This document shows positions 59,997 to 64,000 of a stretch of 64,000 bases of DNA, piece after piece. The position numbers were made by a program, and so were the translations under genes. The DNA lies in contig CP068257.2 of the NCBI GenBank assembly GCA_009914755.4, positions 13,056,001 through 13,120,000 on the forward strand. The letters run 5' to 3'. Below the pieces are notes generated by a model that saw only the letters and a list, made by a program, of their open reading frames with translations, did no database searches and was not told the origin of the DNA. Numbering within the stretch: the first letter of the stretch is position 1; each line of letters begins with the position of its first letter. This stretch comes from the human T2T-CHM13v2.0 reference genome, Homo sapiens.

Positions 59997-62199
59997 AAAA
60001 GAATTAGAAACAACCTAAAAGTTTATCAGCAATATGTATGGATAAAGAAAATGTACTATATATTTATACAATAGAATATTATTCAGCCATAAAAAGAAGA
60101 AAATTCTGTTACATAGATATACCTTGAGGACATTATGCCAAGTGAAATACGCCAGTACAAGAAAGACAAATAGTACTTGATTCCACTATGTGAAGTATCT
60201 AAAATAGTCAAACTCATGGAAATATAGAGTAAAATTATGGTTTCTAGATGCTAGGAAGAGGGACAAATGGGAAAATTGCTGTTCCGTGAGCATAAAGTTT
60301 TAATCATACAAGAGACAAAATTTTCACAGATCTGCTCTACAACATTATGCTTATAGTTAACAATGCTGTACCATACACCCAAAATTTAAGAGGAAAGATC
60401 TTACGTGTTTTTTACCACAATAAAAAAATTTTGTAACATTCACAGAAAAAATTTTTTTTTACTTTATTTGTACATATAATGGAACCTTTTGATCTACAGC
60501 TCAAAGGCAAAAAGCAATCATTCCAAATTAAATTATCTTGGTTAATATGGCTGTTTACAATAGGGAATATGGCTCATCACACTCCAACTGAAAAATAAAG
60601 ACTTTCTAATCTCAATAGCCTGGCCTGTAATAAGAATATAAAATTATAAACGCAAACTTTCAACTCCCAAGTGAAGCATGAATTCCAGAGCCACTGTATA
60701 TTGAGAGTGGGGAGAAGTGTATGCTTAAGGGTAAGATTCATATTTTATATTTTATCTCCCTGGAGGAACAGCGTCTCTCCTCAAAGAGAGAGCCATCACA
60801 GTGTAAAGCATAATACAATGGCAATCAAAGGGGCATCCACAGATAACCATGTTCATTACATTGCCTTTAATTGCTTTAGCCTAAAAGACAGCAGCCCAAA
60901 AGTATAGATCCATGGCAGATCATTGTACTTAAACAGTCAAATATGTATCCTTCATATTTTAAAATATAGCCACTGGCCCACCAAATAGGAGTTCTACTGT
61001 CCACTTCTCTCACACTGCCTTCTACACAGTATAAAACCTTTCATCTTGACATAATTAGAAGAATCTTCCAAACAAGTAAAACTATGACTTGCTCACATGC
61101 CTACTTTTCCCACATGACCGTGGCAAAATCAGATATTGTCAGACAACTTGAGGACCTCAATTCACCATAGAATTTTCATAAAATGGTTAAGAGGTAGGAT
61201 CCTATGGTTCATGGAGGAAATTTGGGAAGAATTCATGCTTAGGCTAATAAAAAATACAGTTCATTCATTCATCTCCATGAAGACAGGAAAACTATGCCAT
61301 TCTGATCTTCACTGTATCAATCAATGGTCTGTAATTGTTCAGTAAAAATTCTTCAAATGAAGGAATGTCCAAAGTTGTCTGGATTCAGTCTGTAAAAGAG
61401 TAATTAAGCTTTTGCTTTTGCTTAATATACATGCCTTGACAGTATATTAAAGTGCTTAATTAAGCAGCTTTTTTATGGTCACAGAAGTCTTTGTGATATT
61501 TAACATTATGAAATCTACATATTCAGAGCCACCTCTAGTCTATAAAATTAAAGTATTTACATATAATTTAATCACATATTTTCTTCACAAAAGGCATTAT
61601 TTAAGATATGGCAACTAAATCAGAGAATTCTGGACAATTGCTTTTGTTCATAATTTTATCCAAATGATGAAGTTCATAATTACACAATGTTACAGTTATG
61701 AATATATTAAGGTAGACCTTAAAAGCTCACAGCAAAAGAGTAACACAGTGTCTGAGATTGTGCAATGTACCAAAGAGGATATTGACTTTACTCTGGATAA
61801 TACGCAGACAAATTTACATTTATGTCTTAAACTTAACCCCTAACCTTATAAATGATTGAATGCACCCAGTGGCTTATTTTCTGTAAATCAGTAAGTAACC
61901 TCAAATGAATGCATCAATTTTCATAATGCATGCATTGTTAGTATCATCTAATATTTTTATTTCAAGTAAATAACCATATTATTCATGCTAGTAGCTGGTA
62001 CAAACCTTTACCATTCTTCTTAAATTACTTAGCTGGACTCACCCACTCATTTTAACAGATGGCCAAGCCTCCTACCTCACAGAGAAAATAGCAGCCATCA
62101 GTCACAAACCGCACCTCTTGTATTATCTGCATGTTCCCCAGCTTTCTCTCCTTCCCTTCTGTCCCAAAGGATGTCTTGCCTGTCTTCCAAAGATAACAC

Positions 62200-62950
62200 T
62201 TTAATCTGTACTCCTGATTTCATCTTCTTCCTTTCTTCCTCTCTATGTTTACTGAGTGCCTTCTGATGCCAGAATATTCTAAGCCTGGGGACACAGTGTG
62301 AAACAAGACACAAAGCCCCTCTCCTTGTGGACTTTGCATTCTATTATGTGTCCTCCAACGCCTTTTCAATATTCACCACCGTTTTTTGAATCTTCACTGT
62401 ATCCTCTGTCGTGGCTGTTCTCTTTTAGCTTACAAACCTGTCTAACTTGTCCTCATCCTTAAAATGAATCTGCTTATTTTGCTGAATTTGAAGGCATGTA
62501 TTTCCTTCCCTTACTGCTGTACTTCTAGAATCAGCTGCAGTTTCTGTTTCTACTTTCACTTCCCTTTTTCACTCCTCAGTGCACAGCTATCTATTTTTCT
62601 TTTGTTCTCTGTACTCCAGTGAAACATTTATCCTCAGCCTTTGACACACTCTTCCTTCCCTTGAGTCCTCATGAATCCTAGGACAGAATATAGTTTATTC
62701 TTCTGGCTACACTTTTTGCTACTGCTTCATTCTCTGCTTGCAACCTTACTGTTTGACTCCCCAAGATTTCTTCTTTGGCCTTCTTTTCTCATTCTGCCCA
62801 TTCTTCTTGAATTATCCTACCCACACCCATGGTTTCAACTACTACCTATGTGCTAACAACTCCAAAATTCTGTTTTCAGAGCCTTCTGAATTCCTTATCT
62901 ATATTTTCAAGTACTCCAAAAGCATTCTCATTTAAATAGCCATATCATGT
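62200..62950 (-). mobile_element. L2 LINE 3' region (antisense)
   Basis: 'tgtttactgagtgccttctgatgccagaatattctaagcctggggacacagtgtgaaacaagacacaaagcccctctccttgtggactttgcattctat' is the reverse complement of the L2 3' end ('ctagaatgtaagctccatgagggcagggat...tgtatccccagcgcctagaacagtgcctggcacatagtaggtgctcaataaat'). The extent is approximate. Confidence 0.5.
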
Positions 62951-63726
62951 GCTAAAGATGTGGTACGTATTGCCACAGAGAAACACAGAGAAAATATTAC
63001 CAGCTGTGATTATAGAAAAGCTCCAAAATCTCAGTGGCTTAATAAAATATGAGTGTTTTGTTGTTGGTGGTGGTGGTGTTGGTTTCGTTTTTGCTCATGT
63101 AAGGTCCAGTTGGAGGTGGTGGTGGCGGCAGTGTGGTGTAGAGGGTAAAGGTGGTTCTGAGACCCAAGTTCATGAAGAATCTCCCCTCTATTATGTCGCT
63201 TGCCAGGTCATTCAAGAAAGTTTTATCCAGCCAGTGGATGGGAAGAGAGTTTGGAAGGGGTGGAAGATTTTATGTGACAGTTTTGGAATTGTTATATTTT
63301 CACTCACATTCCATTGAACAGAATTCAGTGACATGGTCCCACCTAGATCCAAAGGGGTTGGAAATGATAGTCCATGTCTGGGCAGCCACTTCATAGCATC
63401 CTCTATATTATGCAAGAGGAGCAAATCTTTAGTAGTTGGTTAAAAGTGTTTGCTACAGAAATCCATAGGTGACCTTTCTAGACAGAATTTTGTTTCTGAT
63501 CAGTTGAATAAGGATCGCGAAGAGTGAAAGTGGAGACGAACAGGGTGATTCTTTTCTGGAAGCACAATGTTAGTGTTTAGGTGCTCATTTAATGTTCTTA
63601 GAACCAAAATTTGGCTGTTAGGGAAACGACAAAGCTCAGGAAGCAACTGATTTCTCTACCTTCCATTTTTATTTCCCTTAATCCAAACTTCATATAATTT
63701 GAATGTCAGAGTGTCATATGTTGCTG

Positions 63727-64000
63727 GATATAGTTTGGATGTTCGTCCCCTCCAAATCTCATGTTAAAATGTAATCCCCATTGTTTGAGGTGGGGCCTCA
63801 TGGGAGGTGTTTGGGTCATGGAGGCAGGTGCCTCATGAATGGCTTGGTGCCATCCCCATGGTAACAAGTGAGTTCTCGCTCTGGTAGTTCATGCAACTGC
63901 TGGTTGTTTAAAAGAGTGTGGCACCTCCCTCCACTCACACCATGTGAGAGGCCCACTCCCTCTTTGCCTTCCACCATGACTGTAAACTCCCTGAAGCCCT
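63727..64000 (+). mobile_element. MST/THE1-class MaLR LTR (sense), truncated by the window end
   Basis: 'tatgttgctggatatagtttggatgttcgtcccctccaaatctcatgttaaaatgtaatccccattgtttgaggtggggcctcatgggaggtgtttgggtcatggaggcaggtgcctcatgaatggcttggtgccatcc...', read against the MSTA consensus 'tgtggcaggatatagtttggatgtgtccccacccaaatctcatgttgaaatgtaatccccagtgttggaggtggggcctggtgggaggtgtttgggtcatggggg'. Confidence 0.7.

Larger units (their letters stand above)
52560..60430 (+). mobile_element. Near-full-length older primate L1 (L1PA/L1PB-like). Tandem-repeat 5'UTR, ORF1, ORF2 (EN, RT, C-terminus) and 3'UTR. Split by an MLT1 LTR (54457-54820), the POLR2C processed pseudogene (56795-58470) and an AluY (59697-59996)
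   Basis: ORF1-like sequence lies at ~53.5-54.45 kb. ORF2 endonuclease sequence resumes after the LTR ('...LNSRLKD.YSG.MDLKKTRLNYMLYTRNSLWTLRPTQAESERIEKIIHTNCSQKRQQEWPNLYQTE...'). RT and C-terminal regions continue after the pseudogene ('KEDTNKWKD...FNAIPIKV..TFFAEIDKTILK...'). The element ends 'ttttaccacaataaaaaaa' at ~60429. Heavily decayed, with many stops. The 5' boundary is approximate. Confidence 0.85.

Overview
This window reads as human (catarrhine primate) nuclear DNA from an AT-rich, gene-poor, repeat-dense region. It is not a prokaryotic locus, so operons, CRISPR arrays and defence systems are not expected and none are seen. I could find no intact protein-coding gene, tRNA, rRNA or CpG island. 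Almost every ORF in the six-frame track lies inside a transposable element and is explained by it: Alu (14 copies), L1, L2/MIR, MaLR LTRs (THE1/MST and MLT1 classes), or hAT/mariner MITEs (MER5-like, MADE1).

The main structures are:
(1) A nearly full-length older primate L1 on the + strand at ~52.56-60.43 kb. It has a tandemly repeated 5'UTR, a decayed ORF1/ORF2, and three separate secondary insertions: an MLT1 solo LTR, a processed pseudogene of POLR2C (RNA polymerase II subunit RPB3) and an AluY.
(2) A full-length THE1-class MaLR retrotransposon (LTR-internal-LTR, minus strand, 43.34-46.00 kb), with an AluY inserted into one LTR with a clean TSD.
(3) A second composite L1 (14.7-17.8 kb) interrupted by an Alu and an MLT1 LTR. 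It sits next to older L1M fragments in opposite orientations (11.7-14.3 kb).
(4) A cluster of four Alus in mixed orientation within 2.7 kb (30.2-32.8 kb), including a closely spaced inverted pair.
(5) A MADE1 mariner MITE (25.73-25.81 kb) whose arms are one mismatch away from miR-548 family mature sequences.

Simple-sequence features include (TG)n, (CA)n, an AT-rich ~170 bp minisatellite, a ~130 bp polypurine tract and two short tandem duplications. I could not find the requested novel biological system. The most notable items are the POLR2C retro-pseudogene nested in L1 and the miR-548-like MADE1 hairpin. All coordinates are hand-counted and may be off by a few bases.
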